From positions 1,907 to 65,906 of the forward strand of contig CAKONK010000004.1 of assembly GCA_934097085.1 (NCBI GenBank): 64,000 nt of DNA. Direction: 5' to 3'. Source of the stretch: an uncultured Bacilli bacterium. Lineage in GTDB: Bacteria; Bacillota_I; Bacilli_A; RF39; UBA660. The notes beneath the pieces are model-generated. The model was not told where the DNA came from. It saw only the letters and a program-made list of their open reading frames with translations, and made no database searches. The position numbers and the translations under genes are program-made. Positions 27,358 through 37,404 of the stretch are shown in pieces; positions within the stretch are counted from its first letter, which is position 1, and each line of letters begins with the position of its first letter.

Positions 27358-28563
27358 GTGATAAAAAATATGAGAAATGTAGGAACAGTAGTAAGGGGAA
27401 TAAGAACTCCTGTAATTAAAGAAAATTCTAATTTAGAGGACATTGTTGTAGATAGTCTTTTGAAAGCTAGTGAAAGTGATAATTTTACTTTTCACGATAA
27501 AGATATTGTTGCAGTAACTGAAGCAGTAGTAGGTATTGCAATGGGAAACTATGTAACAGTTGATGAAATTGCTAAAGATATTAAAAATAAATTTGGTACT
27601 AACCATATAGGTGTGGTTTTTCCAATTCTTTCAAGAAATAGATTTGCAGTACTTTTATCTGCAATAGCAAGAGCAATGGATAAAATAACTTTACAAATAT
27701 CTTATCCATCAGATGAAGTAGGTAATGATATTTTAGATAAGAAAAGGTTAAAAGAAAGTGGAATAAATCCATATACTGATGTTATTGATGAAAAAACATA
27801 TTATGAAAAATTTGGTGATTTTAAACATATTTTTACTGGTGTTAATATGGTTGATTTCTATAAAGATTTAGTAAAAAAAGAAAATTGTGAAATAGAAATT
27901 ATATTAGCAAATGATCCTAAAAAGATTTTAAATTATGAAAAAGATGTTCTTGTTTGTGATATTCATACAAGATTTGAAACAAAAGCTACTTTAAAAGCAA
28001 ATTCAGATGGTATTATTTTAGGCCTTGATGATATTTTAACTAGTCCAGTTGATGGAAGTGGATGTAATGAAAAATATGGTTTACTTGGCTCTAATCGTTC
28101 TACTGAAGAAAGAGTTAAATTATTTCCTAGTAATGCTCAAGGTTTAGTAGATAATATTCAAAGAAAATTATATGAAAAAACTGGTAAAACTATTGAAGTA
28201 ATGATTTATGGCGATGGTGCGTTTAAAGATCCAATTGGTGGAATATGGGAACTTGCTGATCCAGTAGTATCTCCATATTATACTAAAGGCCTTGAGGGAA
28301 GCCCAAATGAAATAAAACTTAAATATATATCTGATAATAAATTCAGTAATTTAAGTGGGGAAGAGTTAAATGAGGCTATTAAAAATGAAATTAGAACTAA
28401 AGATTCTAACCTTAAAGGAACAATTGCCTCACAAGGAACAACACCTCGTAGATATGTTGATTTAATAGGTTCACTATGTGATTTAACCTCAGGTTCAGGT
28501 GATAAAGGAACTCCAGTTGTATATATTTCAGGCTATTTTGATAATTATAGTGTAGACAATTAA
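27358..28563 (+). CDS. hypothetical protein (weak CofE/F420-ligase-like N-terminal similarity)
   Basis: 401 aa; no confident motif. Confidence 0.3.
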   Translation: MIKNMRNVGTVVRGIRTPVIKENSNLEDIVVDSLLKASESDNFTFHDKDIVAVTEAVVGIAMGNYVTVDEIAKDIKNKFGTNHIGVVFPILSRNRFAVLLSAIARAMDKITLQISYPSDEVGNDILDKKRLKESGINPYTDVIDEKTYYEKFGDFKHIFTGVNMVDFYKDLVKKENCEIEIILANDPKKILNYEKDVLVCDIHTRFETKATLKANSDGIILGLDDILTSPVDGSGCNEKYGLLGSNRSTEERVKLFPSNAQGLVDNIQRKLYEKTGKTIEVMIYGDGAFKDPIGGIWELADPVVSPYYTKGLEGSPNEIKLKYISDNKFSNLSGEELNEAIKNEIRTKDSNLKGTIASQGTTPRRYVDLIGSLCDLTSGSGDKGTPVVYISGYFDNYSVDN

Positions 28564-28592
28564 AAAAAATTATGGTAATATGTTAATGGCTT

Positions 28593-28669
28593 AGCCCGTT
28601 GGTGAAGTGGTTTAACACACTGCGTTCTCAGCGCAGCATTCAGGGGTTCGAACCCCCTACGGGTTACCA
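28593..28669 (+). tRNA. tRNA-Glu (anticodon CTC) with encoded CCA
   Basis: Manual fold: acceptor agcccgt/acgggtt, anticodon stem ctgcg/cgcag, loop ttCTCag, T-arm agggg-ttcgaac-cccct. Confidence 0.6.
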
Positions 28670-28756
28670 TTGTTAATATAAAATCTCTCTTGTAGAGGTT
28701 TTTTATTTTGCCTAAAATACTTTTCAACACATAAAAAAACTCAAAAATTGAGTTTG

Positions 28757-28897
28757 TTATTTAAATAGTTCACTATGACTTCCTGTGGCTACAAGCAAAA
28801 GAATTAATTTATCATCTTTGTATCTATAAACTAATAACCAGTTGGGTTCGATGTGACATTCTCCACATTCTAAATATTTATATGACAATGTAATGAC
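28757..28897 (-). pseudogene. YafQ-family (RelE/ParE superfamily) toxin C-terminal remnant
   Basis: Minus-strand frame: ...LSYKYLECGECHIEPNWLLVYRYKDDKLILLLVATGSHSELFK then stop; matches YafQ as I recall it (AHVEPDWILIYK...TGTHAALF); no start codon. Confidence 0.5.
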
Positions 28898-28928
28898 TAT
28901 GTCAACATCTAATAAAATTATTATAAAT

Positions 28929-28953
28929 AAAAAAGATGCTATTTTCTAGCATC
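28929..28953 (-). terminator. typA terminator (hairpin overlapping last codons)
   Basis: gatgcta-gaaaa-tagcatc followed by a T-run on the minus strand. Confidence 0.55.
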
Positions 28954-30747
28954 AAATTTCTTTCTAAGTTCTGTATTTAAAATTTTCTTTCTCATTCTTA
29001 AATGATGAGGAGTAATTTCAACAAGTTCATCTTGATTAATAAAGTCAAGTGCTGCCTCTAAAGTGAATATTCTAGGTCTTTTTAGAACTACAGTTTTATC
29101 TGCATAAGCACTTCTTGTGTTTGTAAGTTCTTTTCCTTTAACAACGTTTACAGCAAGGTCAACATCTTTATTACATTCACCAACAATCATACCTTCATAA
29201 ACTTCTTCATTTGGTTCAACAAACATTGTACCACGGTCCTCAAGGCCACCAAGAGAATAAGCAGTTGCTTTTCCTTCTTCACTAGCAACAAGAACACCAA
29301 GTTTTCTTTCACCAATATTTATATTTTCAACGGGTTTAAATTCAGTAAATGTATGGTTCATTATACCATAACCTTTAGTTAGTGTCATAAAGTTTGTAGG
29401 AAAACCAATAAGTCCACGAGATGGAATTTCGTAATTAATTCTAATTAAGTTTCCCAAATGTGTCATATTTCCCATTATGGCGCCTCTTTGAGATAGTTCT
29501 TCGAAAACACCACCCATATATTCATCAGTTATTTCTATTTGTAAGTCTTCATAAGGTTCACATTTTACACCATTAATTTCTTTAATAATAACTTTTGGTT
29601 TAGAAACCTCAAGTTCGAAACCTTCACGGCGCATATTTTCAATTAAGATAGATAAGTGAAGTTCTCCACGACCTAATACCATAAAGTTTTCACTATCAAT
29701 TTGTTCAACTTTTAAACTTACATCTCTTTGTGTTTCTTTGAATAATCTTTCACCAATTTTTCTTGATGTTAAGATTTTACCATCTTTTCCAGAAAATGGA
29801 GAAGTATTAACTCCAAAAGTCATTTGAAGTGTTGGTTCATCAATATGAAGTATTGGTAGGGCATTATGATTACCAACCTCAGTTAAAGTTTCACCAACTG
29901 AAATGTCCTCGAGTCCCGCAACAGCAACTATATCTCCGACTGTGGCACTTTCAATTTCTATTCTTTTTAATCCAACATAACCAAAAAGTTTTTGAACTCT
30001 AAAACTTTTTTCAGTACCATCAAGTCTTATACAGTTAACCATTTGACCAACCTTAATTTTACCATTAAATACTTTACCAACACCAATTCTTCCTACATAA
30101 TCATTGTAGTCAAGTAGGGCAGGTTGAAATTGAAGGGGAGCATTTTCATCTCCAGTAGGTTCTGGAATTTCAGAAACTATTAAATCCATAAGTGGTTTGA
30201 AACCTTTTTCTTGATCAGAAGGGTTATTTGAAAGAGAACTTGTTCCATTAGCGGCACTTGTATAAACTGTTTTAAATTCAATTTGTTCATCTGTAGCACC
30301 AAGTTCAATAAATAATTCAAGTACTTCATCAACTACAGAGGTAACTCTTTGAGTTGGTTTATCAACTTTATTAATAACAACGATTGGTTTACAACCAGCC
30401 TCTAAAGCCTTTTTTAAAACAAATCTTGTCTGAGGCATTGGACCTTCATATGCATCGACTACTAAAAGGACTCCATCAACCATTTTCATAATTCTTTCAA
30501 CTTCGCCACCAAAGTCAGCGTGACCTGGAGTATCAAGAATATTAATCTTATAACCATCATAGTCAACTGAAGTAGTCTTAGCAAGTATTGTTATACCTCT
30601 TTCTTTCTCAATATCATTTGTATCCATACTTAAATTACTAATATCCTCATTTTCTCTAAATGTATGAGTATACTTGATAATTTCATCTACTAATGTAGTT
30701 TTACCATGGTCTACGTGAGCAATAATTGCAACATTTCTTTTTTTCAT
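28939..30747 (-). CDS. typA: translational GTPase TypA/BipA
   Basis: 602 aa; G1 AHVDHGKTTL, DTPGHADF, NKVD; EF-G-like domain order. Confidence 0.9.
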   Translation of the reverse strand: MKKRNVAIIAHVDHGKTTLVDEIIKYTHTFRENEDISNLSMDTNDIEKERGITILAKTTSVDYDGYKINILDTPGHADFGGEVERIMKMVDGVLLVVDAYEGPMPQTRFVLKKALEAGCKPIVVINKVDKPTQRVTSVVDEVLELFIELGATDEQIEFKTVYTSAANGTSSLSNNPSDQEKGFKPLMDLIVSEIPEPTGDENAPLQFQPALLDYNDYVGRIGVGKVFNGKIKVGQMVNCIRLDGTEKSFRVQKLFGYVGLKRIEIESATVGDIVAVAGLEDISVGETLTEVGNHNALPILHIDEPTLQMTFGVNTSPFSGKDGKILTSRKIGERLFKETQRDVSLKVEQIDSENFMVLGRGELHLSILIENMRREGFELEVSKPKVIIKEINGVKCEPYEDLQIEITDEYMGGVFEELSQRGAIMGNMTHLGNLIRINYEIPSRGLIGFPTNFMTLTKGYGIMNHTFTEFKPVENINIGERKLGVLVASEEGKATAYSLGGLEDRGTMFVEPNEEVYEGMIVGECNKDVDLAVNVVKGKELTNTRSAYADKTVVLKRPRIFTLEAALDFINQDELVEITPHHLRMRKKILNTELRKKFDARK

Positions 30748-30893
30748 AAATAAATCACACCTTTTTTTCTTTTGGTATTATAGCACTAATTATTTGAAAT
30801 AATCAATAGAAAGTAATGATTTTCTATTTATAAATGCTAATTTTTGTGCTAAAATGAATGTGTTAAGAGTATTTTGTAGTATAAGAGGTTTTT

Positions 30894-31319
30894 ATGAAAG
30901 ATGTCACTAAGGAAATGATTAAAATTTTTAGATTAAAGAAACTAGGTTGTGACTTTATGGGCTATGAGTTTGTCAATCCAAATGAACTTAGTTTTCATCA
31001 TTTAATAGTGGCTAGAAAAGATTCTCAAACTTTAGGCATTGGTGATGGTTATTTATTTTGGAATGGTGCAATACTTAGACAAAAAACTTCTCACGATTAC
31101 CTTCATTTAATTGAAAGAATTGATCGTGATAGATTTAATTATATTACTTGTCAAATGATTGATGAAAATACTGCAAATATGATTATGTATGAAAATTTAA
31201 AAAAGATTAATGATTGTTTAGAGGGCTTTGAAAAAGAACACTGTGGACATTATAATAAAAAACATCCTAAAGATCCTCTTATAAAGGAAGCTTATACACG
31301 TAGACTTATAAAAAAATAA
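30894..31319 (+). CDS. hypothetical protein
   Basis: 141 aa; His/Cys-containing; no confident family. Confidence 0.3.
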   Translation: MKDVTKEMIKIFRLKKLGCDFMGYEFVNPNELSFHHLIVARKDSQTLGIGDGYLFWNGAILRQKTSHDYLHLIERIDRDRFNYITCQMIDENTANMIMYENLKKINDCLEGFEKEHCGHYNKKHPKDPLIKEAYTRRLIKK

Positions 31320-31377
31320 ACGATAACTTGAAAATGGTTATTTTTTTTTATATAATGTTATTAGAAGGTAGGTATAT

Positions 31378-31941
31378 ATGAAAAAAAGTTATATTATAGG
31401 TATTGTAGTGGCTGTTATAGTGATAATTGGTGTATCACTTGGTAGTGGCTATAATAAAATGGTTAAAGAAAATGAAAATGTTGAAAGTGCAGCAGCACAA
31501 ATTGATGTTCAACTTAAAAGAAGAACTGATTTAATTCCAAATTTAGTAAATACTGTTAAAGGTTATATGACTCATGAACAAAAAGTTATTGATAGTATTA
31601 CAACTGCTCGTGAAAATTTAGTAAATGCAAGTACTGTTGAGGATAAAGCTAGTGCTAGTGAAGAACTTACTAAAGCATTAAATAACTTATATGTAATTGT
31701 GGAAAATTATCCTGATTTAAAATCAAATACAAATTTTATAAATCTACAAGATGAACTTGCAGGAACTGAAAATCGTATTGCTGTTGCAAGAAAAGATTAT
31801 AATGATGCTGTTAAAGAATATAATAATCTTGTTAAAACATTCCCTAATAATTTAACTGCTTCTTTATTTAATTTCAAAGAAAAATCTTATTTTGAGGTTA
31901 GTAACTCCGATAAAGAGGTTCCAAATGTATCTTTTGAATAG
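31378..31941 (+). CDS. LemA family protein
   Basis: 187 aa; N-terminal TM; LemA signature (QLKRRTDLIPNLVNTVKGY ... ENYPDLKSN). Confidence 0.8.
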   Translation: MKKSYIIGIVVAVIVIIGVSLGSGYNKMVKENENVESAAAQIDVQLKRRTDLIPNLVNTVKGYMTHEQKVIDSITTARENLVNASTVEDKASASEELTKALNNLYVIVENYPDLKSNTNFINLQDELAGTENRIAVARKDYNDAVKEYNNLVKTFPNNLTASLFNFKEKSYFEVSNSDKEVPNVSFE

Positions 31942-32800
31942 AATTAAGTTTTTAATTCTATTTCTTTTATTAGGTATTTTAAATGTAAATGCAATAGTTA
32001 GTCCAACAAAAGAGTTTTATGTTAATGATTATGCAAATATTTTATCTTCGGAAACAGAAAGATATATTGTTGATAAAAGTAGTCAACTTGCAAATGTTGA
32101 TGGTACGCAAATAGTTGTAGTTACCGTAAATAATTTAGATGGTGATACAATCGAAAATTATGCAAATACCTTATTTAGAAATTTTGGTATAGGAGATAAG
32201 ACTAAAAATAATGGATTACTTCTTTTACTTGCTCTTGAGGAAAGACAATTTAGAGTAGAAGTTGGTTATGGACTCGAAGGAATTTTACCTGATGGTAAAA
32301 CCGGTAGATTTCAAGATACTTATATTATCCCTTATTTAAAAAATAATAAATGGGATGAAGGTATTAAAAATGGTTATGATGCATTTTATAAAGAGATTGT
32401 TGTTCAAAACAATTTGAATTTAAATTATAATGAACCATATGCAAATGGCTATAGTGATTCTACATTTATTATAGGAATAGGTATGTTTCTTGGATTTATA
32501 TTAGGCTTAATAATTCGATATATGGGATTTAGTAAAATAGCTATTTTTACAATTATTTATTTTTTCGCAAATATTTTTATATCTCAAACTGGAATTAAAG
32601 TAATATCTGATTTATTTTCAATTTATAATTTAATGGGTTATTTCTTTGGCTTATCTATTAATATTTTATCAGGAATAGATTCTGGTTCTAGCTATTATGG
32701 AGGTGGTTCATCTTTTGGAGGATCATCAGGTGGTTCATCCGGAGGATTTTCTGGAGGAGGAGGTTCTTCAGGTGGCGGAGGCTCAACACGAGGATTTTAA
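31925..32800 (+). CDS. TPM-domain protein (TLP18.3/Psb32-like phosphatase) with TM and Gly/Ser-rich C-terminus
   Basis: YVNDYANILSSETERYI...GTQIVVVTV TPM motif; common LemA-TPM gene pair; start taken at ATG 31925. Confidence 0.7.
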   Translation: MYLLNRIKFLILFLLLGILNVNAIVSPTKEFYVNDYANILSSETERYIVDKSSQLANVDGTQIVVVTVNNLDGDTIENYANTLFRNFGIGDKTKNNGLLLLLALEERQFRVEVGYGLEGILPDGKTGRFQDTYIIPYLKNNKWDEGIKNGYDAFYKEIVVQNNLNLNYNEPYANGYSDSTFIIGIGMFLGFILGLIIRYMGFSKIAIFTIIYFFANIFISQTGIKVISDLFSIYNLMGYFFGLSINILSGIDSGSSYYGGGSSFGGSSGGSSGGFSGGGGSSGGGGSTRGF

Positions 32801-32880
32801 TAAAAAACACTTGCATTTTATAAAAAAATATAGTATATTATAAATGAACACGAAAGAGTGTTTTTTTATTGGAGGAATTA

Positions 32881-33125
32881 TGACAAAAGAAAATGAAAAA
32901 ACAAAAAACGTTAAAAAAGTAAATACTACTAAGAAAAAAAATGTAAAAGTACCTAAGGAAAGTTATTTAAAAGGCGTTAAAAAGGAAATGAAACTTGTTA
33001 AATGGCCATCTTTTAAAGAGGTAATTAAGTATACTATTGCCACAGTTATTATGTGCTTAGTTGTATGTGGATTTTTCTTATTACTAAATTTACTTTTATC
33101 TTTAGTGAAAGGATGGATTAACTAA
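32881..33125 (+). CDS. secE: preprotein translocase subunit SecE
   Basis: Small basic N-terminus, KWPSFKEV motif, single C-terminal TM; directly precedes nusG. Confidence 0.7.
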
Positions 33126-33667
33126 TGGAAGAACAAAAAAAAGAATGGTATGTGGTAAATACCTATTCTGGACATGAACTTGCAGTAAAACAAAAACTTG
33201 AAATGCGTACTGAAAGTATGGGTATGCAAGATTATATTTTTAGAGTAATAATACCAGAAACTACTGAAGTTGAAGTAAAAGATGGTGTTAAAAAAGAAAA
33301 AGTTAAAAAAATGTTCCCAGGTTATATTTTAGTGGAAATGATAATGACTGATGAAGCGTGGTATATTGTTCGTAATACACCAGGTGTAACAGGATTTATC
33401 GGTTCAAGCGGAAAAGGTGCAAAACCAACACCACTTCCACCTCAAGAAATTGATAGAGTTCTTGCTACTATGGGAATGAGTAGAGTAAATATTGATAATG
33501 AAATGAAAGTTGGCGACAATGTTAACATTATTGATGGACCATTCAATGGTATGAGTGGTAAGATTGATAGTATTGATGCTGAAAATAATCGTCTTACAAT
33601 TATTATTGATTTATTTGGCCAAGAAACTTCAGTTGATGTTGAAAATTATCAAGTTAGTAAATATTAA
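33125..33667 (+). CDS. nusG: transcription termination/antitermination factor NusG
   Basis: 180 aa; WYVVNTYSGHE NGN domain, KOW motif GDNVNIIDGPFNGMSGKI. Confidence 0.9.
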   Translation: MEEQKKEWYVVNTYSGHELAVKQKLEMRTESMGMQDYIFRVIIPETTEVEVKDGVKKEKVKKMFPGYILVEMIMTDEAWYIVRNTPGVTGFIGSSGKGAKPTPLPPQEIDRVLATMGMSRVNIDNEMKVGDNVNIIDGPFNGMSGKIDSIDAENNRLTIIIDLFGQETSVDVENYQVSKY

Positions 33668-33745
33668 AATTAATCTTTATAGGTTAATTTTTTTTTTACA
33701 TTAATTTTTAAATATAGTATAATATTAATGTAGAAAGGTACTTTT

Positions 33746-35062
33746 ATGAAGAAAAATTTAATAATTGGAATAATTTGTTATATAATTACTGGATTATTAA
33801 CAATACTTTTTTTAGCAACATCGGTTAGTGTAAAATTAATTATGCCTGAACTTGAAAAAGTAATAGTTTTATGTGTTGCATCAATATTTACTTACTTTGG
33901 CGGAAGATTTTTAACTAAATACCATAATTCAAAGAAATATATGAAAGTAAGTATTTGGGTAATGTTTATTCTTTATTTATTATTACTAATTAATTTTATG
34001 ATTTTAGGAAATAATTTTGGTAGAAATTTTGAATTTATTTTCACAGCCTCAAAAGAAACGATTAAATCTTATTTTGACAATAATTTAAATGTTATTCCAT
34101 TTAATACAATTAGAAATTATTTAGATAATTCAGGAATTTATTTTGATATTAAGTTAGTTTGTATAAATTTATTAGGTAATTTAATATGTTTTATGCCTTT
34201 TTCATTTTTCTTAAAGTATTTATTTAAAAGAGAAAACAAATTTATTAACTTTTTATTAACAATTATATTAATAGTTATTTTTTTTGAACTTATTCAATTA
34301 TTAACCCTTTCTGGATCATTTGATGTTGATGATATTATATTAAATACCTCTGGAGCAATACTTTTTTACCTTTTCATTAGTTTAAAAGGCATTGATAAAC
34401 TACTTAGAAATATATTCTTTTTAGAAAAAAATAAAATTAATGGGAAAGATTTTGTTATACCTATATTAGCTTTATTTACTTTTATTCTAATAATAAGTTC
34501 TATTATATTTATATTTATTAAAAAAAGTAATGTTAGTAATCAAAAATGGAATGAAATTTATAATCCTTTGATAGAATTTAGTTATGATAAGACTTGTGGT
34601 GAAAATAATATGTTTTATGAAGATGAGCTTTTTGAATACCATTTTAATTGTTATGATAAAGAAAAATTTTATTTAATTGTTAATAAAGAAGATAAACTTT
34701 TAATAAAGGATTTTTTAGACAACTCTAAATATGTTTATAATATAGAAAAGCTAACTTGGAAGTTAAAACAAAATAATATTGAATATTATACTAAACATAA
34801 AAATCCTAATTATATTTTACATTTACCAAAGTTTGAGACAGATTTTGGTTATAAAGGTGTAAAAAATGATTATGTAAATTTAGTTGTTAAAGGAGTAAAT
34901 AATTCGATATATGATTTAGATTTAAATTTTATACCTTTAAAAGAGGGAAAAACCACTATTGATTTTATGGTTACAAATGAGGGTAAAGTTTATACATATA
35001 CATTTGATATTACTATAGATAAAGATTTAAATTTAAAATATGAAATAGAATTAGAAAATTAA
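33746..35062 (+). CDS. VanZ-like membrane protein with additional C-terminal extracellular domain
   Basis: 438 aa; VanZ-type segment (NVIPFNTIRNYL...NLLGNLICFMPFSFF). Confidence 0.5.
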   Translation: MKKNLIIGIICYIITGLLTILFLATSVSVKLIMPELEKVIVLCVASIFTYFGGRFLTKYHNSKKYMKVSIWVMFILYLLLLINFMILGNNFGRNFEFIFTASKETIKSYFDNNLNVIPFNTIRNYLDNSGIYFDIKLVCINLLGNLICFMPFSFFLKYLFKRENKFINFLLTIILIVIFFELIQLLTLSGSFDVDDIILNTSGAILFYLFISLKGIDKLLRNIFFLEKNKINGKDFVIPILALFTFILIISSIIFIFIKKSNVSNQKWNEIYNPLIEFSYDKTCGENNMFYEDELFEYHFNCYDKEKFYLIVNKEDKLLIKDFLDNSKYVYNIEKLTWKLKQNNIEYYTKHKNPNYILHLPKFETDFGYKGVKNDYVNLVVKGVNNSIYDLDLNFIPLKEGKTTIDFMVTNEGKVYTYTFDITIDKDLNLKYEIELEN

Positions 35063-35137
35063 CTATGAACATTAACTTTAATTTGTTTTAATAATTAAAA
35101 TTGTGAAAAAAATTTACTAAATAGGTAAATTTTTTTA

Positions 35138-35165
35138 TTGACATTAATATATAATATGGTATAAT
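35138..35165 (+). promoter_or_regulatory. sigma-A type promoter for higB-higA (TTGACA-16-TATAAT)
   Basis: ttgaca at 35138, tataat at 35160; AT-rich palindromic spacer may be the operator. Confidence 0.5.
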
Positions 35166-35203
35166 TAATTTACCAATTACGTTAATTAAAAAAATGAGGG
35201 TAA

Positions 35204-35536
35204 ATGGTATTAACGTATAAAAATAATAAACTTCGTAAGTTATGTGAGGACTCACAATCTAATAAAGAGTTGTTAAAGAAATATGGTAGTGATGTTGCAA
35301 TTAAGTTACCAAAAAGAATTATACAATTGAAGTCATTTGCTTGTTTAGCAGATGTTCCTGTTGTTCCTCCTTTTAGAAGGCATAAATTAAGTGGTAATTT
35401 AAAAAATTTGTATGCAATTAATATTAATGATCAATACAGATTAATTTTTAGACAAGTAGAGAATAATATAATAGTAGAAAATTTAAAAGATATAAAAGAA
35501 ATAGAGATAATGGAGGTGTCTAAACATTATGAGTAA
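35204..35536 (+). CDS. higB: type II toxin HigB (RelE/ParE superfamily, plasmid-maintenance killer protein)
   Basis: 110 aa; FRRHKLSGNLKNLYAININDQYRLIF matches the HigB family core. Confidence 0.65.
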   Translation: MVLTYKNNKLRKLCEDSQSNKELLKKYGSDVAIKLPKRIIQLKSFACLADVPVVPPFRRHKLSGNLKNLYAININDQYRLIFRQVENNIIVENLKDIKEIEIMEVSKHYE

Positions 35537-36596
35537 TTTAAAAAATTATGATGAATATATTATAGCTCCTGGTGAAACAATAGAAGAGTTATTAGAATGT
35601 AATTCTATGACACAACTTGATTTAGCAGATAAAACTGGAATAAATAAAAAAACAATTAATGAAATAATAAAAGGAAAAGCTCCAATTTCAACAGTAACAG
35701 CTTTAAAATTAGAGTATGTATTTAATATTCCGGCAAGTTTTTGGAATAATTTAGAAAGTAATTATAGAGTTGCTTTAGAAAGAAAAAGAGACTTAGAATC
35801 TATTAAAAATGATGAACAGTATTTAGAAAATATTCCATATAGTGAAATGGCTAAACGTAATTGGTATTTTATTGAAAAAACAAGAGATCCTTATGAAAAG
35901 GTTGTTAATTTAAGAAAATTCTTTTCTGTTGCATCTTTGTCATTTAATACAGAATTAAAAAGAAAAATGGCATTTAGAAAGTCAAATAATGAAAAATTTT
36001 CTTTTGAATCATTATATTGCTGGATTAGATATGGGGTTATAAAATCTAATAAAAATGATTATTCAAAATTTGATGTTGACAATCTAAAGGAAATCGTTAA
36101 TAATTTGCGAATGTTAACAAATAATACTTTTTTATCACAAATAAATAAAATAGAACAATTATTAAAAAACTGTGGTGTTGCGATAGTTTATGAACCACAT
36201 TTACCTCATACTTATGTCAATGGTGTTGCATATAAAATTAGTAGTGATAAGGCTATGATAATGTTAAGCGATAAAGGTAAAAGAGATGATATTTTATGGT
36301 TTACATTTTTTCACGAAATTGGTCATTTGATAAAACATAGTAAAAAGGGAATTTTTATTGATGAAGATGGAATTGTACGAAACAATCTAGAAAAAGAGGC
36401 TGATGAGTTTTCTAAAAATGTTTTAATTAATAAAGATAATTATATTAACTTCTTGAAAAATGGAAATTTTACAAAGAATAAGATAAAAACATTTGCAAAA
36501 GAAAATAATATTACTCCAGGAATTTTAGTTGGAAGACTTCAAAAAGAGTCATTAATAAGTTGGAATGAATATAATGATTTAATAGATAGAATTTAA
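35529..36596 (+). CDS. HigA-like HTH antitoxin fused to ImmA/IrrE-family zinc metallopeptidase domain
   Basis: 355 aa; N-terminal HTH_3; C-terminal HEIGH (HExxH); overlaps higB stop. Confidence 0.65.
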   Translation: MSNLKNYDEYIIAPGETIEELLECNSMTQLDLADKTGINKKTINEIIKGKAPISTVTALKLEYVFNIPASFWNNLESNYRVALERKRDLESIKNDEQYLENIPYSEMAKRNWYFIEKTRDPYEKVVNLRKFFSVASLSFNTELKRKMAFRKSNNEKFSFESLYCWIRYGVIKSNKNDYSKFDVDNLKEIVNNLRMLTNNTFLSQINKIEQLLKNCGVAIVYEPHLPHTYVNGVAYKISSDKAMIMLSDKGKRDDILWFTFFHEIGHLIKHSKKGIFIDEDGIVRNNLEKEADEFSKNVLINKDNYINFLKNGNFTKNKIKTFAKENNITPGILVGRLQKESLISWNEYNDLIDRI

Positions 36597-36610
36597 AATA
36601 TGAAATAAAA

Positions 36611-36640
36611 AATTAATCTTCGCGGATTAATTTTTTTTCT
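36611..36640. terminator. bidirectional terminator between convergent genes
   Basis: ttaatc-ttcgcg-gattaa hairpin followed by a T-run. Confidence 0.45.
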
Positions 36641-37404
36641 ATTTTGGAAATAATAAAATATAATAAATAAGAAAATATTAAGAGTATAAATACACCAGAT
36701 ATTACTAAATCTAAATCAAATATTTGAGAACCATACATAATTAAATAACCAATACCTTTTTGACAAGAAAGAAATTCTCCAGTTATAACACCTATTAATG
36801 TTAAAGATATATTTAATTTTAATGATGAAATAATTGTTATGTATGATGAAGGAATAATTAATTTAGTAAGAGTTTGAAATTTATTTGCATTAAATGTTTT
36901 AAATAATTTGATTTTTATTTTATCAGTATTTAGAAAACCATTATACATTGAAAGAGTAGTTACAATTAAATTTATTAAAAGTGCCATAATTATAATACTT
37001 TTCATATTTGCTCCGAATATAATTAAGATTATCGGACCTAAAGCAACTTTAGGAAGAGCATTTAAAATTACTAAAAATGGTTCAAATATTTTAGAAAAAA
37101 TAGGGTATTCATAAAAGATAATTGCAATTAATATACCAATTATTCCTCCGAGTAGAAATGAAAGTAAAACTTCATATAGTGTTGTAAATATATGTGAAAG
37201 TAAATTACCTTCGATACATAGTTTTTTAATAGTTAAATATATTTTTGATGGACTTGAATATATAAATGAGTTAATTATACCTTTTCTAGTTAAAAATTCC
37301 CATATAAATAATAAAAAAAATACAATTAAAATTCTAGTTAGTTTTATTAAAAAATTTTTTCTTTTCATAGTTTTTAAATATAAAGTTTGATTACTATATT
37401 TCAT
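36613..37404 (-). CDS. ABC transporter permease (NitT/TauT-type)
   Basis: 263 aa, 6 TM, EAA-like loop region. Confidence 0.65.
   Translation of the reverse strand: MKYSNQTLYLKTMKRKNFLIKLTRILIVFFLLFIWEFLTRKGIINSFIYSSPSKIYLTIKKLCIEGNLLSHIFTTLYEVLLSFLLGGIIGILIAIIFYEYPIFSKIFEPFLVILNALPKVALGPIILIIFGANMKSIIIMALLINLIVTTLSMYNGFLNTDKIKIKLFKTFNANKFQTLTKLIIPSSYITIISSLKLNISLTLIGVITGEFLSCQKGIGYLIMYGSQIFDLDLVISGVFILLIFSYLLYFIISKIEKKLIRED

Noticed and set aside
1400-32880. Calling the whole 31-kb sigH to secE interval a single genomic island
   Set aside because: It contains housekeeping genes (nifS-like, typA, lemA) and three distinct modules. Without comparative data, lineage-specific gene order is equally likely.
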